Source: a virus. Taken from it: a stretch of 30,104 bases of DNA. Under the pieces are notes generated by a model that saw nothing but the letters and a program-made list of their open reading frames with translations, was not told the DNA's origin and did no database searches. This document shows, piece after piece, positions 13,808 through 22,194 of the stretch (position 1 is its first letter; each line of letters opens with the position of its first letter). Where the stretch lies: the IMG/VR virus record IMGVR_UViG_3300029521_000019, positions 1-30,104 of that record. One strand, written 5' to 3'. Made by a program: the position numbers and the translations under genes.

Positions 13808-14139
13808 TGTATATCGATTTTGATACATATCAGGCCGCGGGGGGTTCGCTTGCAGAAGCGGACTTCTCGCGGTTGGAGAACAAGGCAGAGATGCTGCTTG
13901 ACGATTGGACGCTTGGCCGCATCAGGTTCATGACGGCTCCGCTGCCTGCTTACGTGGCGGCAGCTATGACCGAGATCATCGACGCGCTCCCGAAGCTAGC
14001 AGGTGAGCGCGTCACCTCGTTCAGCAACGGCGTGACCTCGTTCAGCTTCGACACGTCGAAGAGCGATGTCTCCATGCTTTACGATGACGTGGTGCGCATC
14101 CTGCCGGTAGAGCTTGTGAGCAGGTGCGTATGCGAATAG
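13807..14139 (+). CDS. Head-tail connector / adaptor protein (putative)
   Basis: The 110-aa ORF is the first gene after the capsid gene and is translationally coupled. The call rests on position. Confidence 0.5.
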   Translation: MYIDFDTYQAAGGSLAEADFSRLENKAEMLLDDWTLGRIRFMTAPLPAYVAAAMTEIIDALPKLAGERVTSFSNGVTSFSFDTSKSDVSMLYDDVVRILPVELVSRCVCE

Positions 14140-14594
14140 ACACCGACAGCTACCTAGACCAGACGCTAACGATCATCAATAAGCTAGATGCCAAGGATGC
14201 AGGTATAGCAGCCGACGCTTACTACAAGACCGAGCTACAGGGCGTGTGGAGTGCCAAGAGCGTGCGCACGGTGCTAGGTACCGGCGATGTCATTGTGGCT
14301 ACCACGGTTAACATGCAGTTCGCCGACACAAGCCACTACATGCCTTATCGTGAGTGGAGCAAGGCAGCCGACCGCGAGAGCATGTGGACGTTGCGCGAGG
14401 GAGATTATGTTGTACGCGGCGAAGTAACCGAGGATATCAGCACGGCTACGGCGCTTAAAAAGGCCATGGCAGCTCATGAGCCTGATGCCGTGCAGGTGAA
14501 GGCCATACAGGATAAGACGCGGGAAACGGGGCTAGATTACGTGGATGCTGGCGTTATGCGCTATGCAACCGGCGTGTTTGCCGAGGGAGCGTAA
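14130..14594 (+). CDS. Head-tail joining protein (putative)
   Basis: The call rests on position in the connector block. The start is ATG 14130 or GTG 14124. Confidence 0.45.
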   Translation: MRIDTDSYLDQTLTIINKLDAKDAGIAADAYYKTELQGVWSAKSVRTVLGTGDVIVATTVNMQFADTSHYMPYREWSKAADRESMWTLREGDYVVRGEVTEDISTATALKKAMAAHEPDAVQVKAIQDKTRETGLDYVDAGVMRYATGVFAEGA

Positions 14595-14596
14595 TT

Positions 14597-14935
14597 GTGG
14601 CCGTTAAAGTAACAGTTGACATGAGCGGTGTCAGCGCAAAGCTTGACAGCATCGCCAAAGATCGCGGGCTCGGCATGTTTCTCGCGACCGAAGCTGCAAG
14701 CGGTATGGATCAGTACGTACCATACCGCGACGGCGCGCTATCTGGCAGCGCAACGCCAGAGCCGTTTGCTGTTACGTACGGCGTGCCTTATGCTGCAAGG
14801 CTCTATTACGGCACCGACCTGAACATCAGCAAGCAAGGCCATCCTAACGCCACGGCATTATGGGACAAGGCTTACAAGGCAGCTAAAGGCAGCGACCTTG
14901 GACAAGCCGGCACGCAATACGTAAGGAGCATGTGA
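14597..14935 (+). CDS. Minor capsid / neck protein (putative)
   Basis: GTG start follows GAGGGAG by 7 nt. PYRDGALSGSA...YAARLYYG resembles small minor-capsid / tail-completion proteins of A118/Sfi11-like phages. Confidence 0.5.
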   Translation: MAVKVTVDMSGVSAKLDSIAKDRGLGMFLATEAASGMDQYVPYRDGALSGSATPEPFAVTYGVPYAARLYYGTDLNISKQGHPNATALWDKAYKAAKGSDLGQAGTQYVRSM

Positions 14936-15366
14936 TGGCAAGCGTCCAAGGCAAGACAGATGCGGTGGTGACGTGGGCTAAAGGATGGCCGGAGCTAGAC
15001 GGTTACCTAAAGCTCAACGCGGTCAGCACCGAGGCTGGAGAGCACGCGCTCAACACCGTTTACAACGACGTGGCTATCACAGAGTACGTGGACGGTACTG
15101 CAAAGCGCGAGTACACGTTCGCGCTCATCATGATCGCCGAGTGGTCGGACGGCTTCGACGGCATCAACGCCGAGGCTAACAGGCTGGGCGAATCGTGGAT
15201 TGACTGGGTAGCTGGCCAGTACCCGGACAACGTGCCAGACTTCGGGCAAAACGCTAGCATCAGCAAGATAGAGCCGCTATACAACGTGCCTTCGCTGGCA
15301 ATGGTGTACCAAGAGGACAGCCTGGCGAAGTACATGTTCCAGGCAAAGATAACCTATACAGAGTAA
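14935..15366 (+). CDS. Neck / tail terminator protein (putative)
   Basis: ATG 14935 lies 6 nt after AAGGAG. It is the last gene before the major tail protein. The call rests on position. Confidence 0.45.
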   Translation: MASVQGKTDAVVTWAKGWPELDGYLKLNAVSTEAGEHALNTVYNDVAITEYVDGTAKREYTFALIMIAEWSDGFDGINAEANRLGESWIDWVAGQYPDNVPDFGQNASISKIEPLYNVPSLAMVYQEDSLAKYMFQAKITYTE

Positions 15367-15375
15367 GGAGCATTA

Positions 15376-15882
15376 ATGGCAGAATTGACGCGCAACCTGT
15401 GGGGGGTTGCTATCGACAGCACTAAGGGCGCGGAAGATGGCGTGTACACGTGGGTTCCGGTTGACAAATCGACTACCTACGAACTGGGCTTTAACGCACA
15501 GACCGACACGAAGGGTTTCATCAGCGACAAGAACGACAGCACGGTAGTCAAGAGCTACCAGGTTGCCATGGATCAGGAGATCACGCTAGACAACGACAAC
15601 CCGCTTTACAAGTTCATGCGCGCATACGCAATGAGCATGCCGGTTGGTGCCGACGCAGAGTGCCCCGTGCTAGCGGTACAGCCTGACGACACTACCGGAT
15701 TGCCTACCATCGGCTACGTCTGGCCTAAGGCCATGATCACGCCCACGGCAATCAACAGCGTGGACGGCATCCTCACGTTCAACATCGCGTTTAACGGCGA
15801 CCCTATCGAGGGCACTGTTGCGGGATGGGGTACCGGCACCGTGACGTTTACTAAAACGGTTGCTGGAGGCTCCGAAGAGTAA
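15376..15882 (+). CDS. Major tail (tube) protein
   Basis: The 168-aa ORF has an AAGGAG RBS and sits upstream of the chaperone and tape measure genes. A strong stem-loop follows it. Confidence 0.7.
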   Translation: MAELTRNLWGVAIDSTKGAEDGVYTWVPVDKSTTYELGFNAQTDTKGFISDKNDSTVVKSYQVAMDQEITLDNDNPLYKFMRAYAMSMPVGADAECPVLAVQPDDTTGLPTIGYVWPKAMITPTAINSVDGILTFNIAFNGDPIEGTVAGWGTGTVTFTKTVAGGSEE

Positions 15883-15907
15883 CCAACAATCGCAAATATG
15901 ATATAAT

Positions 15908-15937
15908 GACAGCGCCGGGAATAATCTCGGCGCTGTC
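15908..15937 (+). other. Perfect 10-bp stem-loop GACAGCGCCG...CGGCGCTGTC without a T-tract
   Basis: The arms are 15908..15917 and 15928..15937. Located after the major tail gene, it may act as an mRNA stabiliser or partial terminator that sets tail-tube stoichiometry. Confidence 0.6.
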
Positions 15938-15954
15938 CTACGTTAGGGGTGCTT

Positions 15955-16317
15955 ATGATTTACACAGACGAAAACGGCATTGAGTTCGACCTTGCTCCGC
16001 GAACCGAGAAAGATCAGGCGGCGTGGAAGTCGGCACGAACAGCCAAGGAAAAATTAGACTTGCTAAAGCTATCGTTCGACGATGCTTACCTCACTGAAAA
16101 GTTAGGCTCGACGCAAGCGGCTAAGCTCGATGCAGACGCGCTTGGCATCATGTTCGATAAAGTGCACATGGCGTATGAAGCTCCCGCCGTAGCGGCTCGT
16201 ATCGAGCAGTTTAGCGGCCAGTTTGCAGGTATTAGTGACCTAGTAGGGTCGCTAAACAGCATCACCGAGGCAACTAATGTTACCGGTAGCCGACAAGGGT
16301 TCTCGCGCGTAAAATGA
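15955..16317 (+). CDS. Tail assembly chaperone (putative)
   Basis: It sits between the major tail and tape measure genes. ATG 15955 follows TAGGGGTG, with GTG 15949 as an alternative. Confidence 0.5.
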   Translation: MIYTDENGIEFDLAPRTEKDQAAWKSARTAKEKLDLLKLSFDDAYLTEKLGSTQAAKLDADALGIMFDKVHMAYEAPAVAARIEQFSGQFAGISDLVGSLNSITEATNVTGSRQGFSRVK

Positions 16318-16880
16318 TCGACCTAACGCAACCATTGCCGACTAGCCTGCTATGCGATGGCGAGTGGGTGCCGATCAACACTGACTTTCGCACATGGCTA
16401 TCCTTTCAGCGCGACTTGAAACAGGGTCGCGCTTCTTTTTGCATCTTCGCAGATGGCAAACCGCCCGCGTCTGATGACTGGGTGGCTTCTGCTCAGGAGT
16501 TTTTGGAATGCAAGGAGGCAACGCCACACGGCAGCGACAGCGCTAACGTGCGCTGCTTCGACTTCGACCTAGACGGTAGCTATCTCGTAGCCTCGTTCAT
16601 GGCGGCTTACGGAATCGACCTAACGACAGCAGACATGCACTGGCATATGTTCTTGGCGTTGTTTCGCGGCTTGCCTGATGATGCGTGCATCCGCAAGATC
16701 ATGGGATACCGATCATGGCGCAACGACAAGAGCAGCTACGAGCAGCAGATGCGCAGCCTAGCGAAAGCATGGGCATTGCCTGTCGAAGAGGACAAGGCGG
16801 CTAAGGAGAGCACGCGCAAGGCCATAGAGGCGCTGCCAGCGATCAACGAGGCCGGCCTAGCCGAGATATGGGGCGCATAG
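16314..16880 (+). CDS. Phage Gp15-like tail assembly protein
   Basis: INTDFRTWLSF...IMGYRSW resembles the Listeria A118 Gp15 family. An ATGA overlap links it to the preceding gene. Confidence 0.55.
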   Translation: MIDLTQPLPTSLLCDGEWVPINTDFRTWLSFQRDLKQGRASFCIFADGKPPASDDWVASAQEFLECKEATPHGSDSANVRCFDFDLDGSYLVASFMAAYGIDLTTADMHWHMFLALFRGLPDDACIRKIMGYRSWRNDKSSYEQQMRSLAKAWALPVEEDKAAKESTRKAIEALPAINEAGLAEIWGA

Positions 16881-16932
16881 CGTGGTAGAATAGCACTAAA
16901 TCGGCAGGGGTGTCGATTAGAGGGATGCTATT

Positions 16933-19329
16933 GTGGCAGACGGTACTATTAAGATCGACCTAGAGGTCGATAGCAAAAACGCCAAGTCGCAAGCAAAATC
17001 TACCGGCGATGCCATTGGCAAGCAGGTAGCCAGCGGAGCGCAATCATCAACTAAAGACACCGGCTCAAAAGTCGGCGACAGCATATCAAAGGGCATTAAG
17101 TCGTCAACGAAAGGCACAGGAGATGCCGTAGGCAGCCAAATTGGAAGCGGGCTGAAATCATCGCTAGGTAGCGCAGCAAGCGAGGCTGCTAGCGGCATTG
17201 GGGCAGGGCTTAAAGATGCTGCTTCTGGTGCAATACCCGCTTTAGATGGCATAAACGTTGCCGGGCTTGGCGTAGGAGCAGGTATTGCCGCTGGTGCTGC
17301 TGCTGGTGTCGCAGCTATCGCTGGGCTTACGTCGCAGGCCGTTGGAGCTTACTCTTCGTTCCAACAGCTAACAGGAGGCGTTGAGACGCTGTTCAAGGAC
17401 AGCGCGCCGACTGTCGAAGCTTACGCAGACCAGGCGTTTAGCACAGCCGGTATGAGCGCAAACGACTACATGAGTACGGTTACGTCGTTTAGCGCGTCGC
17501 TTATCCAGGGCTTGGGCGGAGATACCGCCGCAGCAGCCGAGATCGGCAATATGGCCGTTATCGACATGAGCGACAACGCAAACAAGATGGGCACGGATAT
17601 ACAGTCCATCCAGATGACGTACCAGAGCCTAGCACGCGGCAATTACGCGATGTTAGACAACCTAAAACTTGGTTATGGTGGAACAAAAGAAGAGCTTAAC
17701 AGGCTGCTTGCCGATGCCGAGAAGCTGACGGGCGTAAAATACGACCCGTCTAACTTTTCTGACGTTATCCAGGCTATCCATGCCGTGCAAGAGAACCTTG
17801 ACATCACCGGCACGACGGCAGAGGAAGCGGCTACAACTATCGAGGGTAGCGCGCTATCCATGAAAGCGGCTTGGGAAAACTGGCTAACGGCATTAGCCAA
17901 CCCAGATGCTGACATTGGATATTACAACGACGTGCTGTTTGAGGGCATACAGACAGCGCTCGATAACCTTATACCTGCTATTAGCACCGCTGTTAACAAT
18001 CTGTTGGCAGTGTTGCCGCAGATGCTGGCTACTCTATTGCAGATGGTTGGAGAGCTGGCAATACAGATTATTGCCGCATTGCCAGAGCTGATAACATCGC
18101 TTGTATTCGGCATAACCCGGGCAATACCGCAGTTCATCGCGGCTATCCTAGCTGTCGTGACGGCATTGGTTGAGGCATTGCCAACAATTGTGCAGGCTTT
18201 GGTGGACGCTGTCCCGCAGATAATTACGATGATCGCTGAAATGATACCTACAACGATAGACGTGCTTATACAAGGCTTTATCGCTTTGTTTAACGCTATT
18301 GTAGTCGCATTGCCGCAGATCATCCAGTCATTGGTTGCCGCCATACCGACGATAGTTACAGCACTTGTTGATGCGCTGGTTATCGCGTTGCCAATGATGA
18401 TAGAGGGCTTTATCCAGCTGTTTATGGCCTTTATCGATGCGTTGCCGACGATCATAACGACCATAGTAGCTGCTTTGCCGCAGATCATCACGGCAATCAT
18501 TAACGCGCTTATCATAGCGATACCACAGCTAATTGTTGGCTTTGTGCAACTGTTTATGGCGTTTATTGCTGCATTGCCGCAAATAATTAGCGCAATAGTG
18601 GCAGCGTTGCCGCAGATTATTGACGGCATAGTAACAACGTTGGTTGCAAATGCACCTCAATTGCAAAACGCAGCCGTTGAGATGTTTAACATGTTTATCA
18701 ACGGCATAGGATCGATGTTCGGCAGCATTGTAAGTAAAGTTGGCGAAATACCAGGCATGATCTTAGGTGCTCTCGGCAACCTTGGCGGTCTGTTATGGAA
18801 TGCTGGCAGTAGCATCATCAACGGCCTGCTCGGCGGCCTTCAAGCAGCATGGGGCGGCGTTGTCGGATGGTTCGCCGAAATCACGAGCTCAATCCCCAAC
18901 CTTAAGGGACCAGCGCCCGTTGATGCAAAGCTGTTGATCGACAACGGCAAACTGATCATGCAGGGCTTAGGACGTGGCCTAGATGACGGATGGAGCGACA
19001 TTGAGAATCAGCTGTTAGGTTATACTAATAGCATACCTGTAACGTTTGACACGAGCGGAACCGCACGAGCGCTTACGCAAGGAATGACGCAGCGCTTCGA
19101 CGCTTACAAGGTACGCCAAATGGTTTCGCTTGATAGCGACAGCAGCAAGGCTCTTGGAAATGTTAGTGGTATAATATCAAATAGGTTTGACGACCTGAAA
19201 CAGCTTGCAAGCCGTCCTGTGGTGCTTAACGTCAACGGTCGCGAGCTGGCTTATACGACCCAGGAGGACTACGACACTGTGCTAGGCAAGCGGCAAAGCA
19301 TAGAGATAAGGGGGTTCGCACGTGCCTAA
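16933..19329 (+). CDS. Tape measure protein
   Basis: The 798-aa ORF has a GTG start. A long hydrophobic repeat block (ALPQII..A.V.AL.. units, about 18000..18650) is typical of tape measure proteins. It sits upstream of Dit. Confidence 0.9.
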   Translation: MADGTIKIDLEVDSKNAKSQAKSTGDAIGKQVASGAQSSTKDTGSKVGDSISKGIKSSTKGTGDAVGSQIGSGLKSSLGSAASEAASGIGAGLKDAASGAIPALDGINVAGLGVGAGIAAGAAAGVAAIAGLTSQAVGAYSSFQQLTGGVETLFKDSAPTVEAYADQAFSTAGMSANDYMSTVTSFSASLIQGLGGDTAAAAEIGNMAVIDMSDNANKMGTDIQSIQMTYQSLARGNYAMLDNLKLGYGGTKEELNRLLADAEKLTGVKYDPSNFSDVIQAIHAVQENLDITGTTAEEAATTIEGSALSMKAAWENWLTALANPDADIGYYNDVLFEGIQTALDNLIPAISTAVNNLLAVLPQMLATLLQMVGELAIQIIAALPELITSLVFGITRAIPQFIAAILAVVTALVEALPTIVQALVDAVPQIITMIAEMIPTTIDVLIQGFIALFNAIVVALPQIIQSLVAAIPTIVTALVDALVIALPMMIEGFIQLFMAFIDALPTIITTIVAALPQIITAIINALIIAIPQLIVGFVQLFMAFIAALPQIISAIVAALPQIIDGIVTTLVANAPQLQNAAVEMFNMFINGIGSMFGSIVSKVGEIPGMILGALGNLGGLLWNAGSSIINGLLGGLQAAWGGVVGWFAEITSSIPNLKGPAPVDAKLLIDNGKLIMQGLGRGLDDGWSDIENQLLGYTNSIPVTFDTSGTARALTQGMTQRFDAYKVRQMVSLDSDSSKALGNVSGIISNRFDDLKQLASRPVVLNVNGRELAYTTQEDYDTVLGKRQSIEIRGFARA

Positions 19330-21745
19330 GTTCGACGCGACAATAAACGGCATAAGCCTAGCATCATACGGCGTTGAGCCTAACATGGCAACCGTGCCGC
19401 AACCAGAGGCTAAGACGTACCAAGCCGAGATACCAGGCCGCGACGGGTTGCTGGACTATACGGACGCTTACGGCGTTGTGCGCTATGAAAACCGTACTGT
19501 AACGGTCGAAGCTTACGAGATCGGCGACATAACAGCGCGCATGGAGCACCGGCGCGCTATATGCTCTGATATGCACGGCAAGACGTGTACGCTTGCGCTA
19601 ACAACTCTGCCGGGATACACGTTTACGGGGCGTTGCAGCGTCGAGTACGACGAGGACGGTTCCGAGACGGCCTACAAGCTATCTTTTGATTGTCAGCCGT
19701 ATATGAGCGCAGGAGAGCGCACGTTTTATGCTAATTGCGCTGGCGGCGTTGATCTTGTGTTTATGAGCGGAGACAAGCCGGTAAAGCCTCGCATCGAGGT
19801 GCCACGCCGCAGCATCATTGTCTTCAACGGTCAGCAATACGAGGTAGAGGCGGGCACGTGGACGTTCGACGGCATCGTGTTCAAGCGCGGCCGTAACGAG
19901 GTATATATCAACACGTACACTGAGCCTGGTACTACCACATGGGGCGACCTAGAGAGCATGACATGGGAGCAGATAGGATGGCACCACAGGCAATCAGATG
20001 CTAGCGGCGCACTCGTAAACGTAACTGATGCGCTGCAAGCGCGACCTAATAAGCTGGTTGTTGATGGTAAGGCTGTGCAGGGGGTGACGACGGGTAAGAA
20101 TTTATGCCCTGTTAAAAGTGGTACAAATTATGGTGTAACTGCAACGGTAAATGCAGACGGCTCTATGACGCTAAACGGCACGGCAACCAAGAGTGGTTAT
20201 ATAACTTTGGATGGTGGCTTCTATAAAGACAAGGTGCCTATTGCAGGCTCACTTGTTCAAGTTGGCAAGAAGTATTGCGTGTCAGGCAGCATCGCTTCAA
20301 ATGTTGATGTTGTATTTGTTACTTACTCCGAAACAGGCTATGTCACATCAATATTCAACAGTGGAACGGTGCCTGCGAACGATCTGTACTACGGCATGTT
20401 TTTATATATCTACACTGGTGCCTCGTTCACAAATACAGTTATATATCCGCAGGTAGAGCAAGCGGAAGTAGCAACTGCATGGGAGCCATATACCGGAGGT
20501 AAGCCATCACCCAACCCAGAGTATCCCCAAGATGTTGATGTTGTAGATAGCCCGGTGAGTGTGCAGGCTACGGGAAAGAATCTGCTTAGATATCCTTACA
20601 ATGGATTGCCAAAGCAAGAAGCTGGATTATCAGTAACAGCCAATGCCGATGGTAGTGTGACTGTAATAGGAACTGCAACACGTTTGGTGGGAATCTATCT
20701 GCCCGGTCTTTGGAGAGCAGAGGCGACCCTTAAACCGGGGACATACACCTTCAGCGCAAAAGGGAAGGTAAGTAACGCACCGATATATGTTTCTACTAAA
20801 CCAATTGGCGCAGCAAACAGTGCTGCGACTGTCATCGCAAATACCTTGCTAGACGCTGTAACGTTTACGATAAGCGAAGAGGTTGCGTACACTGCTCAGC
20901 TGAATGTTGCCCCCGGTTCGGCTGTAGATTTTACATTTTACCCCCAAATAGAAGTAGGCACTACAGCCACTACTTACGAGCCCTACAACGGTCAAACTAT
21001 ATCAATCACCCTCCCACCTGACCACAACTACCTAGCATCCTTACCGGACGGTACACGCGACGAGTTAGTGTTGCGTAGTGATGGTGTGGCAGTGTTGGTG
21101 GAGCGGGTTGGGAAACGAGTGTTCAACGGGTCAGAAGCATGGCTTTTGCTTTCCGGGGTAGCATATGGGTTCAGACTGCGCGACACTACACTATCGGGTG
21201 ACTATCGCCAGCTAATTTGCGACAGATATACCGTTCGTGAGTTCGCGGCAACATCCGAAACGCAGGGTGTAACCGCCGATCCACAGAAAGCACCGAATTT
21301 GTTTTGCTTTAGAGATACTACCATCGATCAAACCGTCGAGGCTTGGAAAGCAAAGCTAGCCGCATCTAATGTGATGGTTTACTATGCACTTGCAACCGCG
21401 ACCGTCCGATATTCAGCCGACAACGGCACCACTTGGTCAACTATCGACCCAGCAGCCGGTAATTCGGCTATACAGCTGTACAAGGGAACGAATAACGTAT
21501 GGTGTACGGATGCGTTAAGTCCTAACGTCACGCTAAATTATGACACGCAAGAGCGCACGCGTAAGCAGCGCGTTAGCGATCTTTACTGGCGCAATAACCA
21601 ACCGCAGAGACGGCTTACATGGGGACAGCTTGCTACCCACACGTGGGGCGAGATCGGCAGCAAGTCAGTGCAAGAGTGGTACTATAGCGGTACGGCCTAC
21701 GTGGTCGAAAACGCTTACATAAACTATGAGATAGGAGACTTGTAA
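19322..21745 (+). CDS. Distal tail protein (Dit) with a long C-terminal extension containing two tandem ~150-aa modules
   Basis: The N-terminus (MPKFDATINGISL...EIPGRDGLLDYTD...ENRTV) resembles the siphovirus tail family. The modules begin TGKNL...NADGS.T..GTAT and end YPQ.E....AT..EPY. The first spans about 20080..20520 and the second about 20560..21010. Confidence 0.7.
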   Translation: MPKFDATINGISLASYGVEPNMATVPQPEAKTYQAEIPGRDGLLDYTDAYGVVRYENRTVTVEAYEIGDITARMEHRRAICSDMHGKTCTLALTTLPGYTFTGRCSVEYDEDGSETAYKLSFDCQPYMSAGERTFYANCAGGVDLVFMSGDKPVKPRIEVPRRSIIVFNGQQYEVEAGTWTFDGIVFKRGRNEVYINTYTEPGTTTWGDLESMTWEQIGWHHRQSDASGALVNVTDALQARPNKLVVDGKAVQGVTTGKNLCPVKSGTNYGVTATVNADGSMTLNGTATKSGYITLDGGFYKDKVPIAGSLVQVGKKYCVSGSIASNVDVVFVTYSETGYVTSIFNSGTVPANDLYYGMFLYIYTGASFTNTVIYPQVEQAEVATAWEPYTGGKPSPNPEYPQDVDVVDSPVSVQATGKNLLRYPYNGLPKQEAGLSVTANADGSVTVIGTATRLVGIYLPGLWRAEATLKPGTYTFSAKGKVSNAPIYVSTKPIGAANSAATVIANTLLDAVTFTISEEVAYTAQLNVAPGSAVDFTFYPQIEVGTTATTYEPYNGQTISITLPPDHNYLASLPDGTRDELVLRSDGVAVLVERVGKRVFNGSEAWLLLSGVAYGFRLRDTTLSGDYRQLICDRYTVREFAATSETQGVTADPQKAPNLFCFRDTTIDQTVEAWKAKLAASNVMVYYALATATVRYSADNGTTWSTIDPAAGNSAIQLYKGTNNVWCTDALSPNVTLNYDTQERTRKQRVSDLYWRNNQPQRRLTWGQLATHTWGEIGSKSVQEWYYSGTAYVVENAYINYEIGDL

Positions 21746-22194
21746 TGCCAACGACGAAAAACCTAGGACTTGTAAACGTGTTGGAGGGGGAAAACTTTGA
21801 CATTGACGTTTACAACGGGAATAACAACAAGGTAGATGCCTTTGCTGGGACGGTGCCGAAAAAAAAGACGCTGTTTGAAAATGCTAACGGCACAAGTAAC
21901 ACGATCGCGCTTAATGACAGCGCGGCAAATTACGATTATGTACTAATTTCATGGGTAGACAATGACGGGTTTTATCACGCCGATACGCCATGCATCAACG
22001 GCAAAAAAGCTCAATTATCTACAATACACGTCAGACATGAAGTTCCTGCCTATGCTAAAAGCGCTGTTGTCAATGTTGCTGGAACGTCAATCTCGTTTGA
22101 GAGCAATTTTCAGATGCAATTACCACCTGGCACTATTAATAGCAACATAATACCTGTTAGAATTACTAAAGTTGTAGGCGTTAAAGGTTTCTGA
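21745..22194 (+). CDS. Small tail fibre / receptor-binding protein candidate
   Basis: The N-terminus (TKNLGLVNVLEGENFDIDVYNGNNNKVD) resembles the N-terminal motif of tail fibres. The gene is AT-rich and lies between Dit and Tal with overlapping start and stop codons. Confidence 0.45.
   Translation: MPTTKNLGLVNVLEGENFDIDVYNGNNNKVDAFAGTVPKKKTLFENANGTSNTIALNDSAANYDYVLISWVDNDGFYHADTPCINGKKAQLSTIHVRHEVPAYAKSAVVNVAGTSISFESNFQMQLPPGTINSNIIPVRITKVVGVKGF

Noticed and set aside
15949-16880. Programmed -1 frameshift between the two genes upstream of the tape measure gene (G/GT-type chaperone)
   Set aside because: The second ORF has its own ATG overlapping the first ORF's stop (ATGA). I saw no heptanucleotide slippery site near the junction, so simple translational coupling suffices.
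16904-16913. A 10-nt perfect complementarity between the RNA-A linker (ACACCCCTGC, 25001..25010) and GCAGGGGTGT just upstream of the tape-measure RBS
   Set aside because: One 10-nt match for a ~14-nt query in a 30-kb genome is expected by chance at roughly the 0.1 level (my estimate). It is noted but not treated as evidence of targeting.
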